Source: an uncultured Alphaproteobacteria bacterium (GTDB lineage Bacteria > Pseudomonadota > Alphaproteobacteria > Sphingomonadales > Sphingomonadaceae). Taken from it: a stretch of 64,000 bases of DNA. Positions within the stretch are counted from its first letter, which is position 1. Each line of letters begins with the position of its first letter. Shown here piece by piece: positions 48,189 to 61,538 of this stretch. The notes below the pieces were generated by a model, which saw nothing but the letters and a program-made list of their open reading frames with translations, did no database searches and was not told the origin of the DNA. The position numbers were made by a program, and so were the translations under genes. Where the stretch lies: the NCBI GenBank assembly GCA_963850005.1, contig CAWKJG010000001.1, positions 351,523 to 415,522 of the forward strand. Reading direction: 5' to 3'.

Positions 48189-49223
48189 CTAGGGGTCGGA
48201 TGTCCGCCCTCCCGGCCGATCAGGCGCAGCCAAAGCCTCTGTAAGCACTTTCTCAAATCGGACGGTGTCGGCGCGTATCTGATCCAGCCCCGTCAAGCCG
48301 CCATAAACTCTTCGCCGGAGCTGGAGGTGGTCATAGCCCGAGGCGGTTACGTATTTGTCGAGGATCTCGCCCATCATCGCAGACGACATTCGATAGGCGA
48401 TCACCGGATCGAGCGCACGCTCCGGATGTTCGATGAGGTCGTCGGGCGTGCCGCCAAAGCCGAGAAGCTTGTTGTATTTGTCGTAGTTGGTTCGACCGGT
48501 GAACAGGAGATATCCTCTGCCCCTAAAGCGATAACCGTCGCCGGGACTGGTATTTCCAAGGTTGGGCCGGTTGCCATATCTTTGCTCCAGCTCTTCCGGA
48601 GAGCCGGTCTCCTCCCGCGGCTCGAACGTGCCTTGGGTCTCGTGTTTTATCGTTGCCAATATGTAGGCGACCTTGCGAAGGCTGTTGAGGGAATTGTCCT
48701 TCTCGACATAGTCGAAAAGAGCTCGGAGATTGGCTTCGGTCGCCGCAGGCAATGCTCCGAACTCGCGACGGTAGGATCGGAAGAAGATCACTCTGGCAGG
48801 TTCCGACAATCTTACGGCCGCTCCTTGACCGGAGGCGGGCAGCACCGGCGCATTTTGAGGCGTGGAGCGGAGTTGCGCGATCTTGCCCATTTTGTCCCGG
48901 ATCAGACCGAGGTCGAGCAGGAAAAGCAGATTCTTCGACGCGGCTTCCGGATTGCCCGTTTCGATGGCCTTGAGGATCAGGGAGGATTCGTTCCTCTCCT
49001 GCTCGAGGGCATATTCGGATTGCGACTGCCAGTAATTCGCGACCAGCGCGCCGAAAATGCCCAGCAGGCCGGTCGTGATAGTCAGCAGCAAGGGGGACGT
49101 CCAGGGCGACCTGGAGCCGCCGCTCTCTGCCTTTTGCACGGATAGCGCCGCCTCCAGAGCGCGCTCCAGCGACAGAACGCGCCGTTCCAGATCACGGCCG
49201 CCCACATCGGCTTCCTCGGTCAT
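48189..49223 (-). CDS. membrane-anchored protein with GH19-like (lysozyme/chitinase) C-terminal domain
   Basis: TM PLLLTITTGLLGIFGALV; YILATIKHET, GNTSPGDGYRFRGRGY..TGRTNY; start 49223 has GGAGG RBS. Confidence 0.8.
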   Translation of the reverse strand: MTEEADVGGRDLERRVLSLERALEAALSVQKAESGGSRSPWTSPLLLTITTGLLGIFGALVANYWQSQSEYALEQERNESSLILKAIETGNPEAASKNLLFLLDLGLIRDKMGKIAQLRSTPQNAPVLPASGQGAAVRLSEPARVIFFRSYRREFGALPAATEANLRALFDYVEKDNSLNSLRKVAYILATIKHETQGTFEPREETGSPEELEQRYGNRPNLGNTSPGDGYRFRGRGYLLFTGRTNYDKYNKLLGFGGTPDDLIEHPERALDPVIAYRMSSAMMGEILDKYVTASGYDHLQLRRRVYGGLTGLDQIRADTVRFEKVLTEALAAPDRPGGRTSDP

Positions 49224-49436
49224 GCCCCCCATCCTCCGATATACGGCCCAGTGCGGATCATAGGCTATCGCGGTCCAAGGATCACTGGCCTTGGGGCACG
49301 AACCGGCCTCAGCCCGTTGGAGGTCGGCATTGGCCGGCATGCCTCCCTTGCCAAGGAGGAAGGGGCGGAGCAAGGAAGGGCGACCGATCAATTCCGGGCG
49401 TCATCCCGGACAGGGCGCCATGATCGCCGGGCCCAA

Positions 49437-49475
49437 AAGGGGGCACGCACCTTTTCGCGAAAAGTACGTTTTCTT
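49437..49475. repeat. imperfect palindrome (AAAAGGGGGCACGCACC...GTACGT type)
   Basis: Related to the 52952-52995 palindrome. Confidence 0.45.
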
Positions 49476-49483
49476 TGGCGCAA

Positions 49484-49735
49484 TCAGCCTTCGGCTTCCC
49501 GCTCGAATGCCGCCGCGCCGCCGAGCCGCGCCGCAAGTTTGCCCAGCCAGACGAGGACGAGCACGGCGATGACGGTGGCCAGGATGGCATAGGTGTAGAG
49601 TCCGGCGAGATTGTCGCCCAGGCCGAGCATGGCCAAGGTCGCCTTGATCGCCTCGTTCCACGCCAGCGCGGCAACGAGGCCGAGCGAGGCGGAGGCGAGC
49701 GCGATCATGGTCTGGATAAAGGCACGATGGTTCAT
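49484..49735 (-). CDS. DUF5654-like small membrane protein
   Basis: LGLVAALAWNEAIK...YAILATVIAV. Confidence 0.8.
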   Translation of the reverse strand: MNHRAFIQTMIALASASLGLVAALAWNEAIKATLAMLGLGDNLAGLYTYAILATVIAVLVLVWLGKLAARLGGAAAFEREAEG

Positions 49736-50278
49736 CGGCGGTCTCCTTGTGGAGAGGGCAGGCTATACGGGCCGAAGGACCGTGCCTAGCGGAAGCGGTC
49801 CGCGCGGCCTCCAACGCGTGGCCGCTGCCGCGGGGAGCTCCTCGAGCAACCGAACCGGGACGGCGCTCAGGCCAGCCTCAGCACTGCTCGCAGATCAGCC
49901 GCGACGGCTGGCACAGGGCCGGGCGGCGCCTCGTCACGTGGCCGCATTCGAGCTGCATCGCGATCGCGCCCCGGCCGCACGGCGTTCGGGCCGTTATGGC
50001 ACGGCTACGCCGGTCGCGGGGACGTTGGTTCGCCGCCTCGTCGCTTGTCATGTCCATTCCCCCTGCTTCCCGTAAAAACGGCTCGCAATCAATGTTGTAG
50101 CAAGGTTTCTTGCGGACACCAAGGCGGTTCGTCGCCGATTTGGCCCGAGCGGACGGTAAAGCGAACGGCGCGTCCCGCCTCGGCACCGCGGCCGCATCTA
50201 AACCGATTGTTGAGGGGAGCGGCCCAGAGTAGGAGGATGGGGTTCGAAGCGCCGTCCACGGGGAAGGGAGAGGGAGGC

Positions 50279-52309
50279 ATGGCCGCGTCCGGCGCACCGC
50301 TCTTCCTGTTGTCCTTCCGCCATCGCGACGAGCTTACCGCAATCGCCGAGCGGGCCGGGTGGCTGGCGATCGCGGCGCGGCGGGCCGACAATGCCGAGAG
50401 CCGCTTCATCGCGTCCGGAGCCTCGGTGGCGGTGGTCGACGCGCGCGGGGCGCTGCCCGAGGGCAAGGAGGCGGTGCGAAGCCTCGCCGATCCCGCCGAG
50501 GCCAATTGCGCCGCCTTGCTGGTCCTGCTCTCGCGCGGCGATTCCGAGGCGCTCGACACGCTCTATGCGGACGGCGCCACCCATTTCCTGGTGAGCCCGT
50601 TCAGCGATTCCCAATTCCTCCAGGCGCTCCAATATGCCCACCGCCACGCCGAGCGGGTCGGCGGCCGGAGACCTCTGCGCCGGGGCGAGCCGGAAGGGCA
50701 GAAGGGCCGGCCCGGAAGCGCTTCGTGGAAATGGCAGCCCGGCTCGCAGACGGTCGAGCTCAGCCCGGCGCTGGCCCGCCGCGCCGGCCTCGGCGAGGAA
50801 GCCGGGCAGCGGATCAGCCTGATGGAGCTGTTCCGAAAGCTCGATCCCGACGGCCGCAAGGCGGCCCGGGGCGCGATCGACCGGCTGCTCGCCACCGGCC
50901 AGTCGACCGCGTTCGCCCATAAGGACGGGGAGGGCGAAGGCGCCCGGCTCGCCCATCACGTCCGGGTCGAAGGGGAGGGGGTGGTCGGCCGAACCGAGGC
51001 GATCGTTCCGATCGAGGGCGCGGCCTGGCAGTCGCGCGATCCGATGACCGGGGTGCGCGACGGCCGCGCCGCCCGGGCCTGGATCCATCGGCAGCTCAAG
51101 CTGGAAGGGGAGGGCCAGCCCGCCCTCGTCGTGCTTCTGCTGGCGGTGAGCCGGTTCGACACGATCAACGCCGCCTTCGGCCGACCGACCGGCGACTCCG
51201 TCCTCCAGGCCGCGGCCCGGCGGATCGAGCGGCTGGCCGATTCGGACGGGCGCAGGCGCCTCGTCGCCCGGATCGCCGGGGCCGAATTCGCCATCCTGCT
51301 GGCGGCGCCGACCAGCCTCGGCGAGGGCCGCTTCCTCGCCGGCCAGCTGGTCGAGGCGATCGGGCGGCCGTTCATGTCGGGCGACCATGTCATCACTCTG
51401 GGCAGCCGGGTCGGAGTGGTCGCCTCGGAAGGCGACGAGGATGCGGCCGGCCTGCTCCGCCGGGCCAGCGGCGCCTTGGCCGAAGCCAAGTCGAGCGAGG
51501 CGGGGCCGGTCAAGGTGGTCGACGCCGGCGCGGCCAGCGACAGCGCCTTGGGCGACCAGCTCGAGATCGACCTGAGGCGGGCGCTCGACCAGGACGAGAT
51601 CGAGATCCTCTTCCAGCCGCAGGTGTCGGTCGCCACCCGCCGGATCGTCGGCGCCGAGGCGCTCGCCCGCTGGCGCCACCCGCGCTTCGGCGAGCTTGGC
51701 GCGATGACCCTGTTCAGCGTCGCCGAGCGCTCAGACTATCTCGTCCAGCTCTCCGACCACGTCCAGCGCAAGGCGGTCGCCGCCGCCGCCGCCTGGCCCG
51801 AATCGCTGTCCGGACTTCGGCTGTCGGTCAACATCACCGCCGCCGACATCGTCCGCCCCGGCTTCGCCGAGCAATTCATCACGCTGGTGACCGAAGGGGG
51901 GTTCGACCCCGGCCGGCTCACCGTCGAGGTCACCGAGAGCGGCCTGATCGAGGACCTGGGCGCCGCCGGCAATCTGCTGGCCCGGCTCCGCGAAGGCGGC
52001 CTTCGGGTCGCGATCGACGATTTCGGCACCGGCTATTCGAGCCTCGCCTATTTGAAGGCGCTTCCGCTCGACTATCTCAAGATCGACAAGCGCCTGGTCG
52101 AGGACATCAGCGGCTCGCCGCGCGACCAGGTGGTGGTTCGAAGCGTCATCGACATGGCGCGATCGCTGGGGCTCGAGGTGATCGCGGAAGGGGTGGAGAC
52201 GGAAGAGCAGCTCGCTCTGCTCGCCCGGGAAGGCTGCAACCTCTACCAGGGCTTCCTGTGCTCGCCGCCGGTCGACGTGGCAACTCTCGCGGGGCTGATG
52301 TCGGGTTAG
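50279..52309 (+). CDS. degenerate GGDEF + EAL c-di-GMP phosphodiesterase with REC-like N-terminus
   Basis: ARIAGAEF (degenerate GGDEF), FQPQV, EALARW, VEVTE, IDDFGTGYSSLAYL, LKID, AEGVE, QGFL. Confidence 0.92.
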   Translation: MAASGAPLFLLSFRHRDELTAIAERAGWLAIAARRADNAESRFIASGASVAVVDARGALPEGKEAVRSLADPAEANCAALLVLLSRGDSEALDTLYADGATHFLVSPFSDSQFLQALQYAHRHAERVGGRRPLRRGEPEGQKGRPGSASWKWQPGSQTVELSPALARRAGLGEEAGQRISLMELFRKLDPDGRKAARGAIDRLLATGQSTAFAHKDGEGEGARLAHHVRVEGEGVVGRTEAIVPIEGAAWQSRDPMTGVRDGRAARAWIHRQLKLEGEGQPALVVLLLAVSRFDTINAAFGRPTGDSVLQAAARRIERLADSDGRRRLVARIAGAEFAILLAAPTSLGEGRFLAGQLVEAIGRPFMSGDHVITLGSRVGVVASEGDEDAAGLLRRASGALAEAKSSEAGPVKVVDAGAASDSALGDQLEIDLRRALDQDEIEILFQPQVSVATRRIVGAEALARWRHPRFGELGAMTLFSVAERSDYLVQLSDHVQRKAVAAAAAWPESLSGLRLSVNITAADIVRPGFAEQFITLVTEGGFDPGRLTVEVTESGLIEDLGAAGNLLARLREGGLRVAIDDFGTGYSSLAYLKALPLDYLKIDKRLVEDISGSPRDQVVVRSVIDMARSLGLEVIAEGVETEEQLALLAREGCNLYQGFLCSPPVDVATLAGLMSG

Positions 52310-52316
52310 AGTGTAA

Positions 52317-52396
52317 GTCATTGCGAGGAGCGAGGCGACGAAGCAATCCAGGGGCGCCGAGGCCGCACTGGATTGCTTCGCTTCGCTCGCAATGAC
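52317..52396. repeat. RPE-like palindrome (GTCATTGCGAG...GCAATCCA...TGGATTGC...CTCGCAATGAC), copy 1
   Basis: Four near-identical copies in the window. Confidence 0.88.
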
Positions 52397-52406
52397 GGGC
52401 TGTCCC

Positions 52407-52784
52407 TCAGGGGCAGGGGGTCTTGCGGGCAAAGACGCCCAGGCTGATCAGGCCGGTCGAGCTCGCGCCCAGGCTGTCCTGGACGGTATAGGTCAGGGTG
52501 CCGCCGCCGGGCGTATGGCCCTCGAAGGTCACCGAGCTGGCGCTGGCGATCCACACGCTGGCGTAGGGCGAGGTGTCCACCGCGGTGACGGTCAGCGGGT
52601 AATTGCCTTCCGGATCGGTGTCGTTGCCGGTGAGGTTGATCGTTATCTCCTGGCACACATAGATGGAGAGGCTGTTCGGATTGGCCACCGGCGGGCTGTT
52701 GGATTGGCTGACCGCGCTCGAAGGCGCCAGCGCCAGAGCGGCGCTCCCCAGCAAAATCGCGATTGTCTTGACCTTAGCGCGCAT
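52407..52784 (-). CDS. small secreted Ig-like (Big_9/cadherin-like) protein
   Basis: Signal peptide; PPVANP...NDTDPEG..LTVT...LTYTVQDSLGASST; two Cys. Confidence 0.78.
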   Translation of the reverse strand: MRAKVKTIAILLGSAALALAPSSAVSQSNSPPVANPNSLSIYVCQEITINLTGNDTDPEGNYPLTVTAVDTSPYASVWIASASSVTFEGHTPGGGTLTYTVQDSLGASSTGLISLGVFARKTPCP

Positions 52785-52951
52785 CGTTCATCCCTTTTCT
52801 CGTCCACGGATGCGGGAGAAAAACATGAGACGACCGGTTTTGACCACTTCTACTTGGTCCACATCCGATCGATATTGCGAGAAGCGCGCGGTCGACGTGG
52901 AAACTCTGGGGGCCGATGTCGGGCTGAGCCGTCATTCCGGCCTGAGCCTAT

Positions 52952-52995
52952 AAGGGGGACACATACCTTGTTGCGGAAAGTACGTGTCCCCCTTC
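52952..52995. repeat. palindrome AAGGGGGACAC...GTGTCCCCCTT
   Basis: Inverted arms around a 22-nt spacer. Confidence 0.6.
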
Positions 52996-53347
52996 AGGGC
53001 TACATGCCCTTGGGGCCGGGGCCATGACCTTGCTCGGCCGCGGCGAGAGGAAGCGATCCAACCGCGGCTTCGAGCTCGATCAGGCGTTTCGACCGAGTGG
53101 TGGAGGACGCCGCGCGCAGGCGGGAAGCTTCGCGGCGCTGGATGATCCCGGGCTCGACCGCCAGCGTGGGGGTAGCGGCAAGCATCAATGAAATCAGCAA
53201 CATCGCGGCGTTTTCTCCAGGTACGGGACGATTAACCCCGGGCCTTGCTTTAGGTTGCACAAAGCCGACGAACCGCCCGAAAGTTGATGTGGATTGAGTT
53301 TTGAAGGCCCTCTTGCATAAGTGAATGATATATTATAACACGCAGAT

Positions 53348-53854
53348 ATGGACGCAGCACGTTGGTTCGGCTCGGGCCTTTCGCTTCTCGGAACCCTGGT
53401 CCAGCTCGCCGTCATCGCGAAGACCGGTCCGCTTTTCGTCCCCGTTCCGCTCTGCATCGATTGTCATGCGCCGCCGGCTCTCCTCATCGGCGGCTGGATG
53501 CCCTTCATCGAGAATCTCGGCGACGGCGACCGGCCCTCCGAGACCTCGCGATGCCCGGGCCGGCAATGGGCCGGCACGTCCTTCCGCCTCGACCATGCTC
53601 CGCTGCCGCCGGCTTTCCGCCCGTTCGATTATTCGGATGATGTTCTGGCCTGCGTCAGAGTCGACGCCCGCGGATCGGTCAGGTCGGTCAAGCTGATCGC
53701 CGGGACGGGCAAAGACGGTCTCGATCGCAAGCTGGTGCAGACGGTCTACCGGCAATGGCGCTTCGCGCCGAACGTCGACATCCCCATTCGCCCCGGCTGG
53801 CAACGGATCCGGCTCAGCGCCAGACCGCCCGAGGTGGTGGAGAAGATTTGCTAG
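53348..53854 (+). CDS. TonB C-terminal-domain-like protein
   Basis: V.VDARGSVRSVKLIAGTG..GLDR...V.RQWRFAP; N-terminal TM. Confidence 0.65.
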   Translation: MDAARWFGSGLSLLGTLVQLAVIAKTGPLFVPVPLCIDCHAPPALLIGGWMPFIENLGDGDRPSETSRCPGRQWAGTSFRLDHAPLPPAFRPFDYSDDVLACVRVDARGSVRSVKLIAGTGKDGLDRKLVQTVYRQWRFAPNVDIPIRPGWQRIRLSARPPEVVEKIC

Positions 53855-53961
53855 CCGCCGGTGTTTTTCCTCCGGGCCGTTCAGCACAGTCTGCCCTGAG
53901 AAGTCTCCGTCATTCCCGCGCCACTGCCTTCACGAGGCCGTTGACCCGGCTCGAGGCGTCG

Positions 53962-55269
53962 TCAATTCGAGTGGAGAAGGGCCGGCTCGCGATTCCGGGC
54001 CGCCGGCGGCTGCGAGGCCGCGGCCATCCGCTCGTACAGGCTCGCCTTGCGGACCAGCGGCACGTCCGGCGCGAACAGGTCGACCATCGGAATGTCGACG
54101 TCGATCTCCGGCGGAACGAGGACCAGCGGCCGACTGAGCGTCAGGCGCGATCCGGTCCTGCCGATCGCGGCTGGACCGGAGAGGACGATGGGGAGGCTTG
54201 CGGGCGCGGCCGGGCGCATCGGAAGCTCTCGAGCCGCCATCGCCGTCGGAGCCGTCGGAGCCGCCGCGGCCGCGAGGGCCGAAAAATCGGGGACGGCCGC
54301 TTCCGGCGATTGCGCGCCGCCAATTCCGGTGGCGACGACCGCGACCCGGATTCGGCCATGATATTCGGCATTGACGGCGGAGCCCCAGATGATGTCCGCC
54401 TCCGGGTCGACCATGTCCTTGATATAAGCGGCGATCTCATCGACCTCCATCAGCCGCAGGTCGTCGCCGCCGGTGATCGAGATGAGGAGACCGCGCGCGC
54501 CCTGCAGCGCCTCGTCGAGCAGAGGGTTCGAAATCGCTTCATCGGCGGCGCGGATCGCGCGATCCTCGCCGGACGCCTCGCCCGTGCCCATCACCGCCCG
54601 GCCCATATTGCCCATCACCGTCCGAATGTCGGCGAAGTCGAGGTTGATCAGGCCGGGCATTGTCATCAGGTCGGCGATGCCGTGGACGCCCTGGCGAAGG
54701 ACCTGGTCGGCAAGATCGAAGGCCGCCTTGAACGTGGTTCCGGCGTCGGCGACCCGAAACAGATTCTGGTTGGGGATCACGATCAGCGTGTCGACATGCT
54801 TTTGCAGCTCCTCGAGACCGGTCTCGGCCGCGCGCGCGCGTCTTTTGCCTTCGAAGCGGAACGGCTTGGTGACGATTCCGACGGTGAGGATGCCGAGGTC
54901 TCGAGCGACCCTGGCGATCACCGGGGCGGCGCCGGTCCCGGTGCCGCCGCCGAGCCCCGCGGTGATGAAGCACATATGCATTCCCGACAGCATGGCCTCG
55001 ATCGCGGGAAGCGATTCCTCCGCCGCGGCCCGGCCGAGGTCCGCGCTGGACCCGGCGCCAAGCCCGCCCGTGGTCTTGCGCCCGAGCTGGATGATCGTGT
55101 CGGCCTTCGAGGCGCGAAGCGCCTGGGCATCTGTATTGGCGACGACGAAATCTATGCCGAGGCTATCGCCGCGGATCATGCTTTCGACCGCATTGCCGCC
55201 CGCTCCGCCGACTCCGATAACGGAGATTCGGGGACGCAATTCCTTCAGCTCGGAAGGAAGCTCGATCAT
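53962..55269 (-). CDS. ftsZ: FtsZ paralog lacking the C-terminal core peptide
   Basis: GVGGAGGNAV, NTDAQAL, GGGTGTG, PF.FEG..R, PNQNL, NLDFAD; no D(I/V)PAFL tail; not in a dcw cluster. Confidence 0.9.
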   Translation of the reverse strand: MIELPSELKELRPRISVIGVGGAGGNAVESMIRGDSLGIDFVVANTDAQALRASKADTIIQLGRKTTGGLGAGSSADLGRAAAEESLPAIEAMLSGMHMCFITAGLGGGTGTGAAPVIARVARDLGILTVGIVTKPFRFEGKRRARAAETGLEELQKHVDTLIVIPNQNLFRVADAGTTFKAAFDLADQVLRQGVHGIADLMTMPGLINLDFADIRTVMGNMGRAVMGTGEASGEDRAIRAADEAISNPLLDEALQGARGLLISITGGDDLRLMEVDEIAAYIKDMVDPEADIIWGSAVNAEYHGRIRVAVVATGIGGAQSPEAAVPDFSALAAAAAPTAPTAMAARELPMRPAAPASLPIVLSGPAAIGRTGSRLTLSRPLVLVPPEIDVDIPMVDLFAPDVPLVRKASLYERMAAASQPPAARNREPALLHSN

Positions 55270-55404
55270 GATGTGTCCCCTGCCCATGTCCTTGCCGCTC
55301 CACGAGAATCGCGACGCCCTTGGTTGTCGTTAACTTTAATCGAGGCGCGACCAAGCGGCGAGGGCGGGCAAATACCCTAGGGAACTTACGGGGGTAGGAT
55401 TTCC

Positions 55405-55487
55405 GTCATTGCGAGCGAAGCGAAGCAATCCAGTGCGGCCTTCCGAGGCCCGCTGGATTGCCGCGTCGCTACGCTCCTCGCAATGAC
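55405..55487. repeat. RPE-like palindrome, copy 2
   Basis: gtcattgcgagcgaagcgaagcaatccag...ctggattgc...ctcgcaatgac. Confidence 0.88.
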
Positions 55488-55491
55488 GGAT

Positions 55492-58941
<3,450 letters not shown>

Positions 58942-58993
58942 GAGCCCCTCCTCTTCAGAGGAGGGGCTTTTGCCGCCGTCATCGTCGCCACGT

Positions 58994-59260
58994 TCACTCC
59001 GGATGCTTGATATAGTTGAGGGTCTGGAGCCGCCGAAGCATCGCCCCGCGGTAGCGCTCAGGCGGCTCGGCGGTTCCGAGGGCCCAGGCCATGATGTCGG
59101 CGTCCTGCTCCTCGAGCAGGGCCTCGAACCAGTCCATCTCCGCTTCGCCCCACGCGGCGCCGTGGACGTCGAAGAAGCCGCCGATCATGAAGTCGGCTTC
59201 CCGAACGCCGCGGTGCCAGGCGCGGAAGCGGAGGCGCTTGAGGCGGTCGGCGGGGTCCAA
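58994..59260 (-). CDS. sdhE: succinate dehydrogenase assembly factor SdhE
   Basis: RLRFRAWHRGVREAD..IG.F, LLEEQDADI..W. Confidence 0.92.
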   Translation of the reverse strand: MDPADRLKRLRFRAWHRGVREADFMIGGFFDVHGAAWGEAEMDWFEALLEEQDADIMAWALGTAEPPERYRGAMLRRLQTLNYIKHPE

Positions 59261-59349
59261 GGGCGCTCCATGCGGAAAAGGCCGCCCTGCGGAATGCAGG
59301 CGGCTTGACGAGGGGGCGATGTAGGTGAGGACCGGCGGGATTTGAACCC

Positions 59350-59439
59350 GTCATTGCGAGGAGCGCAGCGACGAAGCAATCCAGCGGCGGCATCGGTTAC
59401 GCGCTCAGCGCTGGATTGCTTCGCTGCGCTCGCAATGAC
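59350..59439. repeat. RPE-like palindrome, copy 3
   Basis: Same arms as copies 1 and 2. Confidence 0.88.
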
Positions 59440-59480
59440 GGGGCATTGTTCCAACCCGTCCGCCGACTTACGAACCCCCA

Positions 59481-61538
59481 ATGCGCCCCGACATCCTCAA
59501 CCCCCTGTTCGCCGAAGTGGAGGTGCTGAAGGGCATCGGCCCGGCGCTGGCCAAGCCTTTGAAGCGCCTCGGGCTGAACCGGGTCGTCGATATCCTCTTC
59601 CACCTGCCGGTGAACTGGATCGAGCGGAAGAAAGTGGAATTGCTCGACATGGCCGACGCCGGCGGCGTGGTGACGGTCGTGGTGACTCCCGTCGATTATC
59701 GCCAGGGCGGCGCGCGCAGCCCGTTCCGGGTCCAGGCCACAGACCGCGCGGGCAATTATCTCTCGCTCACCTACTTCCACAATCCCGGCTGGGCGAAGAA
59801 GCAATTCCCGCTCGGCGTTCCCAAGGTCGTCTCGGGCCGGATGGAGATGTACGGGCAGGAGCTTCAGATGGTCCATCCGGACTATGTGCTGGAGCCGAAC
59901 GAGGCGCTCGACCTGCCGGAGCGCGAGCCGGTCTATCCGCTTTCCGAAGGCCTCACCAACCGCCGGCTCGCCGACCTTGCCGGCCAGGCCCTGGCCCGCA
60001 CTCCGACGCTGGGGGAATGGATCGAGCCGAGCCTGCTCGCCGCCCGCGGCTGGCCGGGCTGGCAGGATGCGCTGGGGGCCGCCCATCACAGCCGCGATCC
60101 GGCGCCGGCGCGCGAGCGGCTCGCGTATGACGAGGTGTTCGCCAACCAGCTCGCCTTGATGCTGGTCCGGGCCTCGTCGAAGCGGCGCCGCGGCGTTCCG
60201 CTCAAGGGCGACGGGCGGCTGAGCGGGGCCTTGAAGCTCCCCTACGCCGCCACCGGGGCCCAGCGCCGAGCCGTCGCCGAGATCGAGGGCGATCTCCAGC
60301 AGGCCACTCCGATGCTCCGGCTGCTCCAGGGCGACGTCGGCTCGGGCAAGACCCTGGTGGCTTTGATGGCGATGCTCACCGCCGTCGAGGCGGGGACCCA
60401 GGCGGCGCTCCTGGCCCCGACCGAGATCCTCGCCCGCCAGCATTTCGACACCCTCTCGCGGCAGCTCGCCGGGCTTCCGGTCAACGTCGCCATCCTCACC
60501 GGGCGCGAGAAGGGAAAGGCGCGCGAATCGACCCTGATGGGCCTCGCCGACGGCTCGATCGACATCCTCGTCGGAACCCACGCCATCTTCCAGCAGGCGG
60601 TCGCCTACAAGAAGCTCGGCCTCGCCGTGGTCGACGAGCAGCACCGTTTCGGAGTCGCCCAGCGGATGATGTTGGCGTCGAAGGCGGAGCGGCCGCCGCA
60701 CCTCCTCGTCATGACCGCGACTCCGATCCCGCGGACTCTCACCCTCACCCAATATGGCGAGATGGACGTCAGCCGCCTGGACGAGATGCCGCCCGGCCGC
60801 CAGCCGGTCGAAACGAGGGTGCTGAGCCTCGACAAGCTCGCCGATGTCGCCGACGCGCTCGCCCGCCACGTCGCCCGCGGCGGCCAGGCCTATTGGGTCT
60901 GCCCGCTGGTCGAGGAGAGCGAGGTTTCCGACCAGGCGGCGGCGGAGGAGCGGGCGCGGGTCCTTCGGCTGCGCTTCGGCGACAAGATCGGCCTCGTCCA
61001 CGGCCGGATGAAGGGCCCCGAGAAGGACGAGGTCATGGCGGCGTTCTCCGCTGGCGCGCTGTCCGTCCTCGTCGCGACCACCGTCATCGAGGTCGGGGTC
61101 GACGTCCCCAACGCGACCTTGATGATCGTCGAGGGCGCCGACCGCTTCGGCCTCGCCCAGCTCCACCAATTGCGGGGCCGGGTCGGGCGCGGGGAGGGGC
61201 GATCGATCTGCCTGCTCCTGCGCGGCAATGCGCTCAGCGAGAGCGGCCGCGCCCGGCTCGCCTTGATGCGCGAGACCAATGACGGCTTCCGGATCGCCGA
61301 GGAAGATTTGCGGCTTCGGGGGGCGGGGGAGATATTGGGGACGAAGCAGTCGGGCGAGGCGGTGTTCCGGCTGGCGAGCCCGGAGCAGATTGCGGCGCTG
61401 GCCCAGGCGGCGAGCGACGATGCGCGGCTGCTGGTCGACCGGGACGGCGGGCTGGAGGGGCCGAGAGGGCAGGCGGCGCGGGTGCTGCTCTATCTGATGG
61501 AGCGGGATGCGGCGGTGGGGCTGCTGCGGGGGGGCTAA
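59481..61538 (+). CDS. recG: ATP-dependent DNA helicase RecG
   Basis: RLLQGDVGSGKT, LAPTEILARQH, VDEQHRFGV, MTATPIPRTL, QLRGRVGRG, DLRLRGAGE..G.KQSG. Confidence 0.98.
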   Translation: MRPDILNPLFAEVEVLKGIGPALAKPLKRLGLNRVVDILFHLPVNWIERKKVELLDMADAGGVVTVVVTPVDYRQGGARSPFRVQATDRAGNYLSLTYFHNPGWAKKQFPLGVPKVVSGRMEMYGQELQMVHPDYVLEPNEALDLPEREPVYPLSEGLTNRRLADLAGQALARTPTLGEWIEPSLLAARGWPGWQDALGAAHHSRDPAPARERLAYDEVFANQLALMLVRASSKRRRGVPLKGDGRLSGALKLPYAATGAQRRAVAEIEGDLQQATPMLRLLQGDVGSGKTLVALMAMLTAVEAGTQAALLAPTEILARQHFDTLSRQLAGLPVNVAILTGREKGKARESTLMGLADGSIDILVGTHAIFQQAVAYKKLGLAVVDEQHRFGVAQRMMLASKAERPPHLLVMTATPIPRTLTLTQYGEMDVSRLDEMPPGRQPVETRVLSLDKLADVADALARHVARGGQAYWVCPLVEESEVSDQAAAEERARVLRLRFGDKIGLVHGRMKGPEKDEVMAAFSAGALSVLVATTVIEVGVDVPNATLMIVEGADRFGLAQLHQLRGRVGRGEGRSICLLLRGNALSESGRARLALMRETNDGFRIAEEDLRLRGAGEILGTKQSGEAVFRLASPEQIAALAQAASDDARLLVDRDGGLEGPRGQAARVLLYLMERDAAVGLLRGG

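Noticed and set aside
53000-53260. Small secreted protein ORF
   Set aside because: Overlaps a palindromic repeat, no recognisable motif, weak support
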